Part shown: one piece after another, positions 25,407-38,188 of the stretch
Numbering within the stretch: the first letter of the stretch is position 1
How the letters are laid out: each line of letters begins with the position of its first letter
DNA from: Selaginella moellendorffii
Lineage: Eukaryota > Plantae > Lycopodiophyta
Length of the DNA stretch: 64,000 nucleotides
Direction: 5' to 3'
NCBI RefSeq assembly: GCF_000143415.4
Contig: NW_003314298.1
Coordinates: forward strand, 1 to 64,000
Program-made: the position numbers and the translations under genes
Notes under the pieces: generated by a model
Seen by the model: only the letters and a program-made list of their open reading frames with translations
Told to the model about the DNA's origin: nothing
Database searches by the model: none

Positions 25407-26095
25407 AAGCTCTATTTCGTTAAAGTGGGATTTATTCAGTAAAATGGGACTAGGTACAAATTTTCAAGTATTTGAAAATGACGTGAAATTATATGTTTTT
25501 TGTCCAGGGGCTAGACATATCTGGGGCATGGTGACTAGCGCGGTGACTTTGTGTCCAGACTGAGTCCATCTGGTTGTATAATAAATCTCATTGTCAAGGT
25601 GAACAAGCCGAATCTGAAGCTAAAGAAGAGCGATGGCATGCGCGCACACACTATTTGTTTGTTCATTGAGCGTGTGGTGAGCTTTCCAAGATGAACATCA
25701 TTCCTATTAGCCAGACATATAACTTAATGGTGAGAACATTTAGATATTATTCAATGTTATCTTTTTCTAACGAATCTAATTGTGAAGGTGTAGCAAGAGG
25801 CATTGCTAGTCTGGAGAAGTCATTTAACTCATTTGACCCTTAGTGTATTTTCATGAAACTAAATAACATTCATATTATTAAGGAATTTCTCTAGTACCTT
25901 TTTTTTACGACATAGAGGCTTGCATTTCTTTCAAAGGTGATTTAGTAAAAGGCCTGAGGGCACATGCCATTCTATTTCTCAGACCAGTATTAAGATATAC
26001 TAGTGCAAAGGGCCACATGCCATCACGCCTCCTCTGATTCAGATTCGGATTGTTCACCTTGAAATAAAATACATTAGAAACTTAGTAAAGGAATA

Positions 26096-29000
26096 TTAAA
26101 TCTCACCTTGAACCCGGGTTATGAATGCTCTTGCTGCATCTCTTGCATGGTCTGGCAAGGTGATGGTGGCACTCTGCTTCCGCATCCAACCATGCACAAC
26201 ATTATCCACCGATATGCTCATGCTGGGATCCCTTGGATTCAGCACCCATCTCTTTTCTAGGCAATCCTTCGTATATCCGGAACTTGGCTTGAACCACTCC
26301 ACAGTTACATTGAAGGAGTTAGTTTCCGCGTCCTCCTCTGCATCAGTGATGCAGCGCCCCACCCATATCATTTGTTTTTTATTACTGGGTCTGACAAGCA
26401 CGACCATTCCTTTGCAGACTTGTACTGGATTGAATGCTGAATCCGGCTTCTTGTTCCTCGGCCCACAATAGTGATCCTCAACATCGTTATCTGTCACTGC
26501 ATTTCCAGAGGACATTGTTCCGCTACTATCTGGTGCTCTGGGTTCTGGCCAAAAGGACTCTTCCAATTCTTCATATACAACCGGCCCATTTTGGATAGCA
26601 GATATAATCTTCTCTCAGTATTCGAGCAAAGGCTTGCACCTCTTAAAATAGGATTCTCCACCAAACACTAACCCCCTCTTCCAGAAGGCAATATGCTGTC
26701 TAATCCCGGCCACTATACTTTCCTGGTCTTTGAGTCCATCCGGGTGCATCGGCCGTGGGGAACCCTGAGGAATCATAGGTTCCCCAGTTATGGGATCTCT
26801 CTTGAAGAGTTCAATACCGTCCACTGGCAGCCACACTGTGTCCCATTCTCTCATCTTGTACCTCATCACTGGAGCACCGTCACGCATGCTGAAATGAAAC
26901 TGAAGAGGCTTGGAGTGGCCAATCAGCGTTTTGGATCCGTCCCTGATGTAGCCTCTTACAAACCCCTTAAAGTCTGGAACCTCTGTCAGAAGTGCAGCTT
27001 CAACAGTGCCTTTGATGCAATTTTGGAATTCATCGTAGAGTTGTGGGAGGGTGAGGACATTGGATCGCCGGAGGGACTCTGCCAGGTGACTGAACATGGC
27101 ATCCACGTCTTCATGAGTGTGCCCAACCATGAGAAAGCCAAGTGTAACCGTTTCAAATATGCCTTTGGCAACAAGCATCGCCAAGTACGCGAAGACGTAC
27201 ATGTTTTTGTTCTCACTGCCAGCATTGTCTGTTTGGAGCAGAAGATGGGGTGGAAGGCCACATCGGCCGCAAGAACTTCCTTGAGATTCTGCTTCGTTTG
27301 GATGAGGCTGTGCATTCACCGGGCGACCAGCCTCGTCGGAATGGCATGAGGCCTCACGTGATAACCCTACAATCTGACGGCCAACATATTCACTGGGATG
27401 GCATGGGGCCCCACGCGATACTGCAAGCCTTTGCTCCTCCTCCAGCTGAACCCTGTATGGGGTTCGATCGACAAGGGCCTTATGCAAGGGTTGGCCGTTC
27501 AGCTCAGTCTGCGCACTTTGCAGAGACCTTAAGTGTTTTGCTAGGGATGCAATCATCATGTTTGCACCCCCGCCACCCCATAGAGGTACAAAGAAGTTCC
27601 CATAGTTCTGGGCACCATGCCCATGAGCGATTATGCCAAACAGAGACACAGGCAGCTGCATGGATGAAGAGATTGCCTTGGGGGCAGGATTGAGTCGAGG
27701 TAAGCACGTCTTTTTCTGGTCCATTTTGTCGTGGATGATGCAGAGGTAAGAGTCAGGTCTCTCCATGGAGAGAATCCTGTTATGATAATATGCAGTTCTG
27801 CAGCTTCTCTGCTCGATGTTGTGGTCGAGCCGCCTTCTAACCAATGTCTCTCGCTCTTGAGCGCTGCAAGAATTCTTCGACAAAGCCATTTTGATAGCAG
27901 TGCACTCGTCACACTTTGAAAAGCTGGAGTACTTTCCTATACTCACATCCCTGAACCTGTTGCTCCACAATCTACTAAATCTAGATTGGCTCAGCTTCCT
28001 GTAGCCATTACTCTGGAGTTCCCGATTCACATCTTCCAATATGGCCCCCTTGGTATATATGGAAGGGAGAACTCGTTGGGTGTCTCGTGTTCCATCTTCC
28101 AAGAGGCGGGTTTTATGTGGTTGCTGCTCGCTACATGTCTCGACAAACCTCTTGAAGATTGCCTCTCCATATACAACATGACCCCTGGTTTTGTGCGTAC
28201 CGTCGTTCCCATGGACTGCCTGTTGAACCCTTTGTTCCTCGAACTCAGTTTTGATTCTGTAGAATGTGCTTCGAGGGACTTCATAAATGATTCTCCATGC
28301 TTTCATGCAGACCAAACCCCTCTGGAAGACCATGCCCCCCACTTGATGTTCTGAAGCATCAACAGATGACCGTAATGCCTCATACACAAAATTGCGAGCT
28401 GCCTTCCAGGACAATGTCTTGTATCTTGCTCTCTCCTCTTCAATAGCATCCCAATCAGCATGTTGACAGCACCTCCTCTTGCAACAAGCAACTGTCGAGA
28501 CCATTCGAACCTCCATCGCCATTTTCTGCCTTTTCGGTTCGTTGCTCAAATCCCTTTGGCTGCGCTGTAGGAAGGTGTACTTTCTTTTCCCATGAAGAGA
28601 TGTTCTGTCATCAGTTGTAGTGGTGTTTGATTGTGAATCCTTCACATTCTCAAACACTAAATGCCTCAATTTCCACTGCACAATGCTTCCAATAGTCAGA
28701 CTGTTTTCTTCTGTGTCAACAACCTCTAAAATTGCAACTCCAATATCATCCCAGCCCAATTCTTGATTAGCAACCGCATCTCTTGGATCGACAACTGTGG
28801 CTAAGCCCTCAGCTACCACCTCCCCCTCGGGGTTGTTTAGAAACACCTTTGCCTGAATCCATGTAGCACGGTTCTTAAGATCCACGGAGGGAACATGCGT
28901 CGCACTTGCGCTGTCCCCAACATCTACTTTCTTCTGCAGATTTTTCAAGGCAACAACAACATTTACCCCGACGACCATCTCTCCTCGTTCAATAGCGACC

Positions 29001-29161
29001 ACATTCCCATCGAAGACAGTCTCTACTGATATAGCAGCATTGCCTTCCCCAAGCCTTTGACAGTGTATAATAAAGTTCCAATCCATAGACACAAGGGTCC
29101 CTTTTGCAACTCTCTTCCCACCATTCAAAATGTAAACCTTTTCCCCAACCCTGAAGGCCAT
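26096..29161 (-). pseudogene. Sola-like DDD transposase (~1020 codons) with one in-frame stop at 26615-26617
   Basis: Motifs FSKCDEC, CIIHDKMDQKK, LQTDNAGSENKN and GFLMVGHTHEDVDAMFS. The 848-aa and 156-aa ORFs are in frame, separated by one TGA (LEY*EKII, probably TGG). Confidence 0.78.
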
Positions 29162-29784
29162 TCTGAAAGTGCAGAAAAGAAGTTAAGACCATACAAAAAA
29201 TGATTGGAGAATGGCCTAAATCATAACATACCAAATAGCATGAGGCCACATGCCATTATTCAAACATGCTATTGACACCCATGTGAAATTTCGCATTCAC
29301 AAAATTGGCATGAGGCCTCATGCCATATTGATATACACACAGCTGCAGGCAAGTAAAAACATACATGACAATACGCTAGCCATGAAATTGTAAGGGCCCA
29401 AGATGGCATGTGGCCTCATGCCATTTCTAAATGTGGTCCTAAACCATTCCATGGTGAACATACCAGGAAGCACAAGTGCCGAATATCAAGAGGAAGCGGT
29501 AGCCACACCAAAGACAGTGCCGCTCGCAACACCGAACCAAGAACACGGCACACAAAAATGATAGACCTAGGAATGAGTTCGAGAATTCAAAAATAACACA
29601 CGCTTGAACGTCACATCAAATCCTCTGACAAACCAGATCTTATGATTCCTCTGACAAATTTCAAACTGAGTAGCTTCTAGACTTTGCTGTCGGAGGTTGA
29701 ACTTTGTCACATCATGTCCTTGCCTCGATCCAGCTGTGCCACGTCAGTGATTCGAACTTTGCCATGCCATGTCAGCGATCCGCG

Positions 29785-31741
29785 CCAAGATTATTCGCCG
29801 TGTAAAGGAATAATTATGCTGTGTGTGTACGTCCATTTATGGCAATATAAGGCCACATGCCATTCAAAGAATAATGCTAGTCGAGCATCTTTTGGTGCAT
29901 TTTTGGGTTCAAAATTGCATGAGCCCACACGCTATAAAGTTTACCTGTACCAAAAATAGAAACAGCTTTATTTACTTGGGAATTTATATGGCTGAGGCAT
30001 TTTTAAACTTACAAACACATGCCCTACTTACATTCCTTTGGTTGCTTAAAATTCAAAAATATTATAAACCTTTCTTTTTGCATTTTCAATGTTTTCAATT
30101 ATGGTTTTTGATTTTCGCAGGACCAGCCTAGTAATCTATTTGCATCCCGTCATGTTTATAGCTAGCTTTCGTTTGTCCCCTTCGCTAGCCAGAGATGCAT
30201 CTGCTCGGCATCTGCCTCTTACAGCATTTGCCCAGAAAGGGCATCTTTCTTCACGCAGCATTTGCCACATGTTTAGGGTTAGGGTTTAGGGTTTAGGGTT
30301 TAGCAATTCAGTAGCTTGATAAACATGCAAATACAGAACTTGATGCAAAATCCTTGGATATGTCACAATGCCCCTAGGACCATAAACACATTTCAATAGA
30401 GAGGGTCCTTTCATTTCATAACTCCTTACGTAGATCTTGGTGAAACCAGAGTTAGTGAAGTTGGTTTCTTGTGATCCCGCATCTAATTGTGATGTCCCTT
30501 TGCAGTGTCAATGGAAAGGTCAATGCACACCAAATTGTAGAATCTTGGAGCAGAATAACGGTCGGATCTATGGCAAATGCCCCTGAAACATTTTAAGGCT
30601 CGTGTGGTCTCATGTGGTGTCCGATCGAGATCCTTCTTTGCAGGGTCATCAAGAAGGACATTGTATACCATTCTGTAAAATCTGGTTGCGATCTAACGGT
30701 TGGATCTCCAGGAAACTCAAAACAATCTCGCGCGTGTCAGAATATTCTAGGAATATACTCCTTTGTGCTCCAAGATTATTCGCCGTGTAAAGGAATAATT
30801 ATGCTGTGTCATTTATGGCAATATAAGGCCACACGCCATTCAAAGAATAATGCTAGTCGAGCATTTTTTGGTGCATTTTTGGGTTCAAAATTGCATGAGC
30901 CCACACGCTATAAAGTTTACCTGTACCAAAAATAGAAACAGCTTTATTTACTTGGGAATTTAAGTGGTTGAGGCATTTTTAAACTTACAAACACATGCCC
31001 TACTTACATTCCTTTGGTTGTTTAAAATTCAAAAATATTATAAACCTTTCTTTTTGCATTTTCAATGTTTTCAATTATGGTTTTTGATTTTCGCAGGACC
31101 AGCCTAGTAATCTATTTGCATCCCGTCATGTTTATAGCTAGCTTTCGTTTGTCCCCTTTGCTAGCCTGAGATACATCTGCTCGGCATCTACCTCTTACAG
31201 CATTTGCCCAGAAAGGGCATCTTTCTTCACGCAGCATTTGCCACATGTTTAGGGTTTAGGGTTTAGGGTTTAGCAATTCAGTAGCTTGATAAACATGCAA
31301 ATACAGAACTTGATGCAAAATCCTTGGATATGTCACAATGCCCCTAGGACCATAAACACATTTCAATAGAGAGGGTCCTTTCATTTCATAACTCCTTACG
31401 TAGATCTTGGTGAAACCAGAGTTAGTGAAGTTGGTTTCTTGTGATCCCGCATCTGATTGTGATGTCCCTTTGCAGTGTCGATGGAAAGGTCAATGCACAC
31501 CAAACTGTAGAATCTTGGACCAAAATAATGGTCGGATCTATGGCAAATGCCCCTGAAACATTGTAAGGCTCGTGTGGTCTCATGTGGTGTCCGATCGAGA
31601 TGCTTCTTTGTAGGGTCATCAAGAAGGACATTGTATACCATTCTGTAAAATCTAGTTGCGATCTAACGGTTGGATCTCCAGGAAACTCAAAACAATCTCG
31701 CGCGTGTCAGAATATTCTAGGAATATACTCCTATGTGCTCC
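29785..31741 (+). repeat. Tandem duplication of a ~980-bp unit in the intergenic region, each unit with a short (TTTAGGG)3-4 tract
   Basis: CCAAGATTATTCGCCGTGTAAAGG begins both units (29785 and 30770). Telomeric tracts at about 30272-30303 and 31248-31273. Confidence 0.92.
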
Positions 31742-32164
31742 TGAAAATGGCATGCGGCCCCACGCCATTCAAGAGATAACGCCAGATGACGCCGAGCATT
31801 TTTTGGTGCATTTTTTGGGATCAAAATTGCATGAGCCCACATGCTTGAACATCATCCTTTGACAATTTATTTAGCTGAACATCTGGCATTTTTGGAAATA
31901 CAAGATGCTTTGGAATATCCAATCATGCATGGTATAAATATAGCGAGGGTATTAAATGATATCCCAATCATGATCTTTCTTTTGGATTTCGCGTGCATGC
32001 AGTCCGAGGAATGATGACGTTGCGGATTTCTTTTGGATTTCACGCATGCGCGCGCCGATCCAGAAATTAATGGTGGCGCCCAAGTCCGAGAAATGATGAC
32101 GTGGCGGGATTACCAACCGTCGTGACATTTCGCGCGTGTGAGGTTAGGTTTTGCATTTTGCTTC

Positions 32165-32350
32165 GTACTCGCGCTCGCACACTCGCGCTTGCATCGCGCT
32201 CCCACTCGCGCTCGCATCGCGCTCCCACTCGCGCTCGCATCGCGCTCCCACTCGCGCTCCCACTTCTCTACAGGTTTCTCGTGTGCATCGGCGTCCACTC
32301 GCGCTTGCATCACACTCGCGCTTGTATCGCGCTCGCATCGCGCTCGTGTG
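32165..32350 (+). repeat. CpG-rich ~23-bp tandem repeat (CTCGCGCTCGCATCGCGCTCCCA)
   Basis: Directly visible upstream of the accessory gene. Confidence 0.8.
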
Positions 32351-32565
32351 CATCGGCGTCCACTTCAAGACACACCCAGTTTGTAACTTCGGCGCCAACT
32401 CCGCCGCCCACTCCGCCACCCACACGCAGCCCACTTGGCGTCCCGGGAGATTTCAGCGCCACTCTCCAACTGTAAGTGGCAGAGTAGCCTTGCTGCTACG
32501 ATCCGCTGCACACACAGTGCACATTCGCCAGCGAGTCCGGTTGTCACGCCTCCATTCGGCTTCAA

Positions 32566-35500
32566 ATGGTAAGTCTTTTAGGCCAAGTAGAAAATGGCAT
32601 GAGGCCACATGCCATTCAGTAGCAACATTGGCATGCACCGATTGGGCTCTCGAGTGCAGTCCGGTTACAGATGGCGTGTAGCCTCACGCCATCTTAGGAT
32701 GCAGCCTCAAGACATCTGATGCAGTGGTGAATGGCGTGTGGCCTCACGTTATTTCCAGCTACTAGCTTTTCATCTGTCAGCTCTAATTGTTGTGCATTTC
32801 TGAACAGGCGAGGAATTGCGTTCTTCTTCCAGCCACTGTCAATGTGGATGCAGAGAAGGGGGAGGAGCTCACCAGTTGGACTTTCGGGATGGAAGGCGAG
32901 GATCTGAGGCTGTACAACACAGATGGTGGGAGAAAAGAATGCATGGGGATCCTCATCCAAGTGACAGACACTCCATGCAGTTCCATGCAAGAATATGGAC
33001 TGGCACTTGTGGTAGAGACAGCGTCTGCCTTCAAGATCCACCTTGCACATCCTAGCGGCTTTCCGGAGGGAGGCAGCGGCTATGAAGAATTCCTAGAGGG
33101 AGCTAGGGAGAGGTTGTCCAGGAGGCCCACAATTTCAAAGACGCTGCGGGTCTATGAAGATCACATGGAATCCACGGACCTCACCTACGGCGATGTTCAA
33201 AAACTATATTCCAACATTGAGCCGTTGAGAGTGACTCCAGTTCGCGAAGCAAAGGGGAAGGGGGTCGATCTGGAAACTATCTCGAAGCAGAAAAGGGTGG
33301 TCAAGCTCAAGCCGACGTCCGACTCTCCTACTCCAAAAAAGAAGCTACTCAGTGATGCCATTGCCTCGGGTTCGAACACTACACCCACCAAAAAGAAGAG
33401 CCGCAAAGAGCAGAAAGAGCAAGAAGAGGCAGCAAAAATTGTCGCAGATAATAGTACTTGTTACTATTCCAACAAAGTATATACAATCGACGTGAGCCGT
33501 ATCGACATCCAAAGCAAATACAACCACAGGCTAGTATCTGATGAGTGGGTGGAGAAACTGAAGCAGAAGATGCTGGCAAGTCCAGTAACACCCGACATCG
33601 CAGACGTGATCCCCTACTACCGAACAATGAAGGGCGAGACGAGGTTTCCAGACTTGATCAATAGGAAGGTGTTGGACGATCAGAACATCCGGTTCTATGC
33701 CGTCTCCGGGCAGCATTCTAGCTTGGCGATGCAAGAGATAGTTGTGGATATTATGGTGGGCGAGGAGGTGAAGAAAGTCTTCAAGACAAGAGTTGTCCAC
33801 CTAATAAAAGGCAACTCGCCCCTCCGATCTATCATATACATCTCCCACACGTAGAATGTCAAGCAAGAAACGTGCTACAAATCGGGTCTGCACGAGACAT
33901 TGGCACGAACACGGAAGCTCTGGGTTCAACTGAAGAAGCCACAAAAACCAGGACAAGGACGTGCACTAGCAACTAGCGCCTGGCAGGTAAGCCTCGTTGT
34001 ATGTGGCATAGCATGTGGCCTCACGCCATTTCCATTGCAGGAATTCTCGAATCTTCTCTCGAAAACACTGGGGGTCAATGACACACTCAGCATCCATAAC
34101 ATTCTACTCGCGACAAAAGTTGTTTTTGACAAATGGGTAAATGTGCTGAGGAGGTACCATGACGGGGAGTTGCCAAACTCAATGGGTGTGGAGGACGGCC
34201 GGAAGCCCAATGATTTGAAGCTCAACGCCTTGCGTTTCTCGCGGTCTCTAGACGACGACGACCTTCTGACAGTGGCTAATGCTCTTCTACGTGGTGAGGT
34301 TGTCTTCAACAAGACCAAAATGACTCCCGGCCATATTGTGACATACGAGGACTTGTGCACGACTCTGAGAGCTCGTGCGCTATTGAAGGATTGGATCTTC
34401 GAGCAAGTGGCCGTGGAGAGGGTGAGCATCGACACCACGCAAGAGATGATGGAAGCGCTGGAGTTGTCAAATGAAGACATCGACGAGTACGTGAAGGGGG
34501 CCCCCAAGTTCATCGATCTGCTGCGGGATGCCACGAAAAGTAAAGCTGAGAAGTTGGATCAGTATCCAAATTTCATTAAGATTGATGTCGACCGCCGGCT
34601 TCAGAAACAGCTCGACCCCGCAGCAGAGGCCTATCGAGAACCTTACCGGGTATACTTGAATTCGGATGAGGATCAAAGGTGGAGGAGCATCGTTTCCCGC
34701 GGAGATGAGCAGGTCAAGAACATCTTTTGTGTGATGGACTTCACAAACGAGGAGATCACTCATGCAGACGAAGTCAGCTCCATCATTGACTTAATGGTGG
34801 GACTTGCGGAGGTGGAATCTTCAGTCCACTATATGATCTACAACTCCGAATCCTATCACAAGTTCTGGAAGGCCTTGAACGAGGTGAAGGCTCGGTTGAA
34901 AAGCAAGGAGATGCGGGAGATCCATGGGATAATGGCTAAGAAGAAGATACCGACGAATATCCGCATCTTCACACTCGCCCTTGTTATTGGTCCTGCAGCA
35001 GAGTGGGACTGGAGTGACTTCCCAGCTTCGTTCGACAAGGCCAATCGAATTGATCTGAGGGAGGTCAATTTACCCGTGCCTGAGGAACTGAAGACGGCTA
35101 TGGAGCTTTCGAATCCAAAGAAAGCTCCAGGTGCAGCATGGGAAATGCTCAGCTGGGTCTTCAATGCAATAGCGGGTGGGTCACCTGCTTCCGACTCCAA
35201 GGGCAAATGCGTTGTCGAGTACAACTGCGGCGGACTATTCTTTCGAGCCGCACTACTCAAGGGTGTCCCGTGTGTTGCGGTGACAAACTCCATTGAAGAG
35301 GTGACTTCAATGGAGCATATAATTACAGTTGCCAAAGAAAAACAGTATCTTCTCTGCGAACCTGGTGAGTACACACTTTAAGTTTAAATGTTATCTCACA
35401 AGTTCTGTATGCAGGAGCGTGGCCACCCCTAGATGCTGAAACGGCGTTAACAGCTACTGTTGAAGATACCCATGTTGGGCCGAGCTCACAACCTGCACAA

Positions 35501-38188
35501 GGTAAGGTCACGTGAGGCCTCACGCCATTTTGATTATAGATCGTTGTGAATATTCAGACACGAGGACTGAAAAGCGCACTGATGGCGCATCGAAGAAGGA
35601 CAAACAGACAAGCAATAGGAAAAAAGGAGGTACAAATTATATTTGCAATGGCATGTGGTCTCATGCCATTCCTTGCAAGAGAAACTTCTTCAAAGGCAAA
35701 ACAGGCAAGCACCAGCCAAGCTCAAACTGACAGTGGTCATAAAAAGCGAAAGCACGTTGGACAGTCGTCGAGATCAGAGGCGTTTGATTCGAAAAGGAAG
35801 AAGGGCAACGAAAAGATTATAGGTAATGCCTCGCGGTTATGGCGTGTGTGCTCATGCCATTCATTGCAGATCAAGGGCTGAGTGAAAGCAGGTAGTCACC
35901 ACCTCATGACTCAGATTCCTATGGCGGACTCCCCTTCCCCAATCTCAATGGAGAGGTACAATGGATGAGGGAAGCTTTTCAAGGTAGGGCCACGTTTTTC
36001 TCATCTCGTCGTCTTCGAAGGGTGCAAGAACGTGCAGAAACCATGTTAAGACAGTCGGGTGAGGATACGGTCCTAGGTCACGCACTAAAACAGGCTATGG
36101 ATGTCTTGTATTTTGAGATGGAGACTCGGCCAGATGATTTTCCCAAGATGGTCCTGGAAGAACAAGCCATCCAGCCTGAGCAGCCTATGGAAGAAATGCA
36201 GGAGGGGGATGAGGAGCCAGAGAAAGATAATGAGCAGGAAGAGCAGAAGGACGAAGAGGAGGACAAAGAAGAGGAGGATGAAGAAGAGGAGGACGAAAAG
36301 GACTTGGATGGTCCTCACAATGGTGACGATCACAATAATGACGACGACGATGATGACGACGATGGCCAGCCTGAGGTGGCCAAAGAGCGGTGGAGGAAGG
36401 TCATACAAGACAAACCATCAGGTAAATAATAATACATCCATTCCTAACCTTTTACCATTTCTAACATTGTCCATGTAGGTCGCAGAGCAAATGGTAAGTA
36501 GAGATTATTCAGTTGAATTTACAAACTCTAGCCTTTAGTGTCGAGGAAGGATAGTGCCAAGCAAGGGTCGAAACGTATGTCCAATCCTTCAGAATCAGCA
36601 GTGCGCTCAAGTGATATCGGTCCTAGTTCCTCAATAGCAGTTGATGGTAAATACAGTATAGTCGATTCAATGTGCTAATGAGTTTGTTTTTAGTAGCACG
36701 GGAGGATACCATCTCAATCGAAGGGAGATATTTGGACATGCATATGGATCCGCCAGTGGACTCTACTTGGCTGCAAGAGTCATCAGAGCTGGTGGAGGCT
36801 ACTATCCATATCAACGCCAAGCAAGCTGACCACGCTCCACTTGATGCTGCCCATACCACTGAGTCAATCTTGTCCACGTATCCAACTGACGGTGACCAGG
36901 CGCCATTGGACCCACATGAGGCCGCCCCAGCCGCCGAGCCGGTCGTATCCTCATTTCCAACGGACTCAACGTGTGCCCAATCATCTGACTACGCGCCGTT
37001 GGAACCTCCCTACACCGCCCCTGCTGCCTGTTCGGTCATGTCCACTTTGCCAACGGAGGCACCAGTTGAAATGGCGTGTGATCACACGCCATCGGAACCA
37101 CCCCATGCCACTGTTGAGCCAGTTGTACCAAAGTCTACAGCTGAAATGGCATGTGCCCACACGCCATCGGATGCGATTGACCCCACATTGCAGAGGAGAG
37201 TATTTCCGCCCTTCACGTTTCCTCGACCAAAACCCTCTCAACGACCATCGGGAGCAACATTCGCTAATATTGTAGATGGTAAAATTGACTTGTACCATTT
37301 TTTATGCTGACGCATTTCACTTCAGAGTCACGGCGAAGGTACTGTATCGTTTTTTATATGAACGGTGTCCTTTTCTCCCATGAGCGTGGCTCGTCCTCGA
37401 ATGTCATTGCACCCTCCAAAGCCTGCGGTCGCAAGTTGGTCAAAAGAGACAGATTCACATTAATCACACGGGAGAAACTGCGGGATCTAATAATGACCAT
37501 GCGACACTTAAAACAGAGGGCCGGGTTCAAATTGCAATTGGGAGTTTGGACATCCATGATGCGCCACAATGCATTAACGTTGCTACAGATGATGCACGAT
37601 CAGACGCGAGTAATATTACCATTTGACTTTCTCCTAACGCAGGAGGATTGCTTGACTATGGTCCATGTGAGGGGTAGCAAGCCCATCTTCGTCAAGCCAG
37701 AGGCTGTAGTGATGAACCGGACTGCTAGGTCAAGTGAAATCCTCATCATCGATGACTCGCCAATTAAAACTGCAGCGAACACGCACACATATGCAGTGCA
37801 CCCCATCTCTTGCAGTATGGAAACTAGGGAGAAGAAACCGTATGTTCTGGGGGACCTTGCAAAACGGCTTGGAGCGATGGTGATAGAGAACCGGCCAGTC
37901 CAGGAGGTGGCTGCAGAAATCAACCAAATGGCAGATGGAACGGTATATCAGAAGCCATTTGATCGGACAGACACCAGTCATCATTTATGGCATGTATATT
38001 GTCTAGCCAAGCACTATCCGCATCTCCATAATCTGCTCAACCGGATGGGTTCTTTGACCACTGAACATGAGCGTGGACGTATTAGAGAAGAGATGGCATT
38101 ACTATTGGGTTTAAATCCTGATAGTGTGGAGAGTGATGAAATTCCAAGATTATTGTATAGGCGTTGGAGGCAAAAAATAACAGTCTGA
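32566..38188 (+). pseudogene. Multi-exon transposon accessory gene(s): ParB-like domain, degenerate N6/N4 DNA methyltransferase-like segment, acidic tract, FCP1/NIF HAD-like domain; one premature stop (33852)
   Basis: ORFs 32787-33854 and 33900-35381 are in frame across one TAG. Short GT-AG introns at e.g. 33987-34040, 35502-35557 and 35823-35869. Motifs: YNHRLVSDEWVEKL..AVSGQHS; KCVVEYNCGG..AALLKGVPCVAV; IVFYMNGVL..GVWTSM..ILIIDDSPIK. The start codon and whether this is one or two genes are uncertain. Confidence 0.65.

Noticed and set aside
33926-35374. Minus-strand ORFs of 202 and 172 aa
   Set aside because: Antisense shadows of the plus-strand accessory gene.
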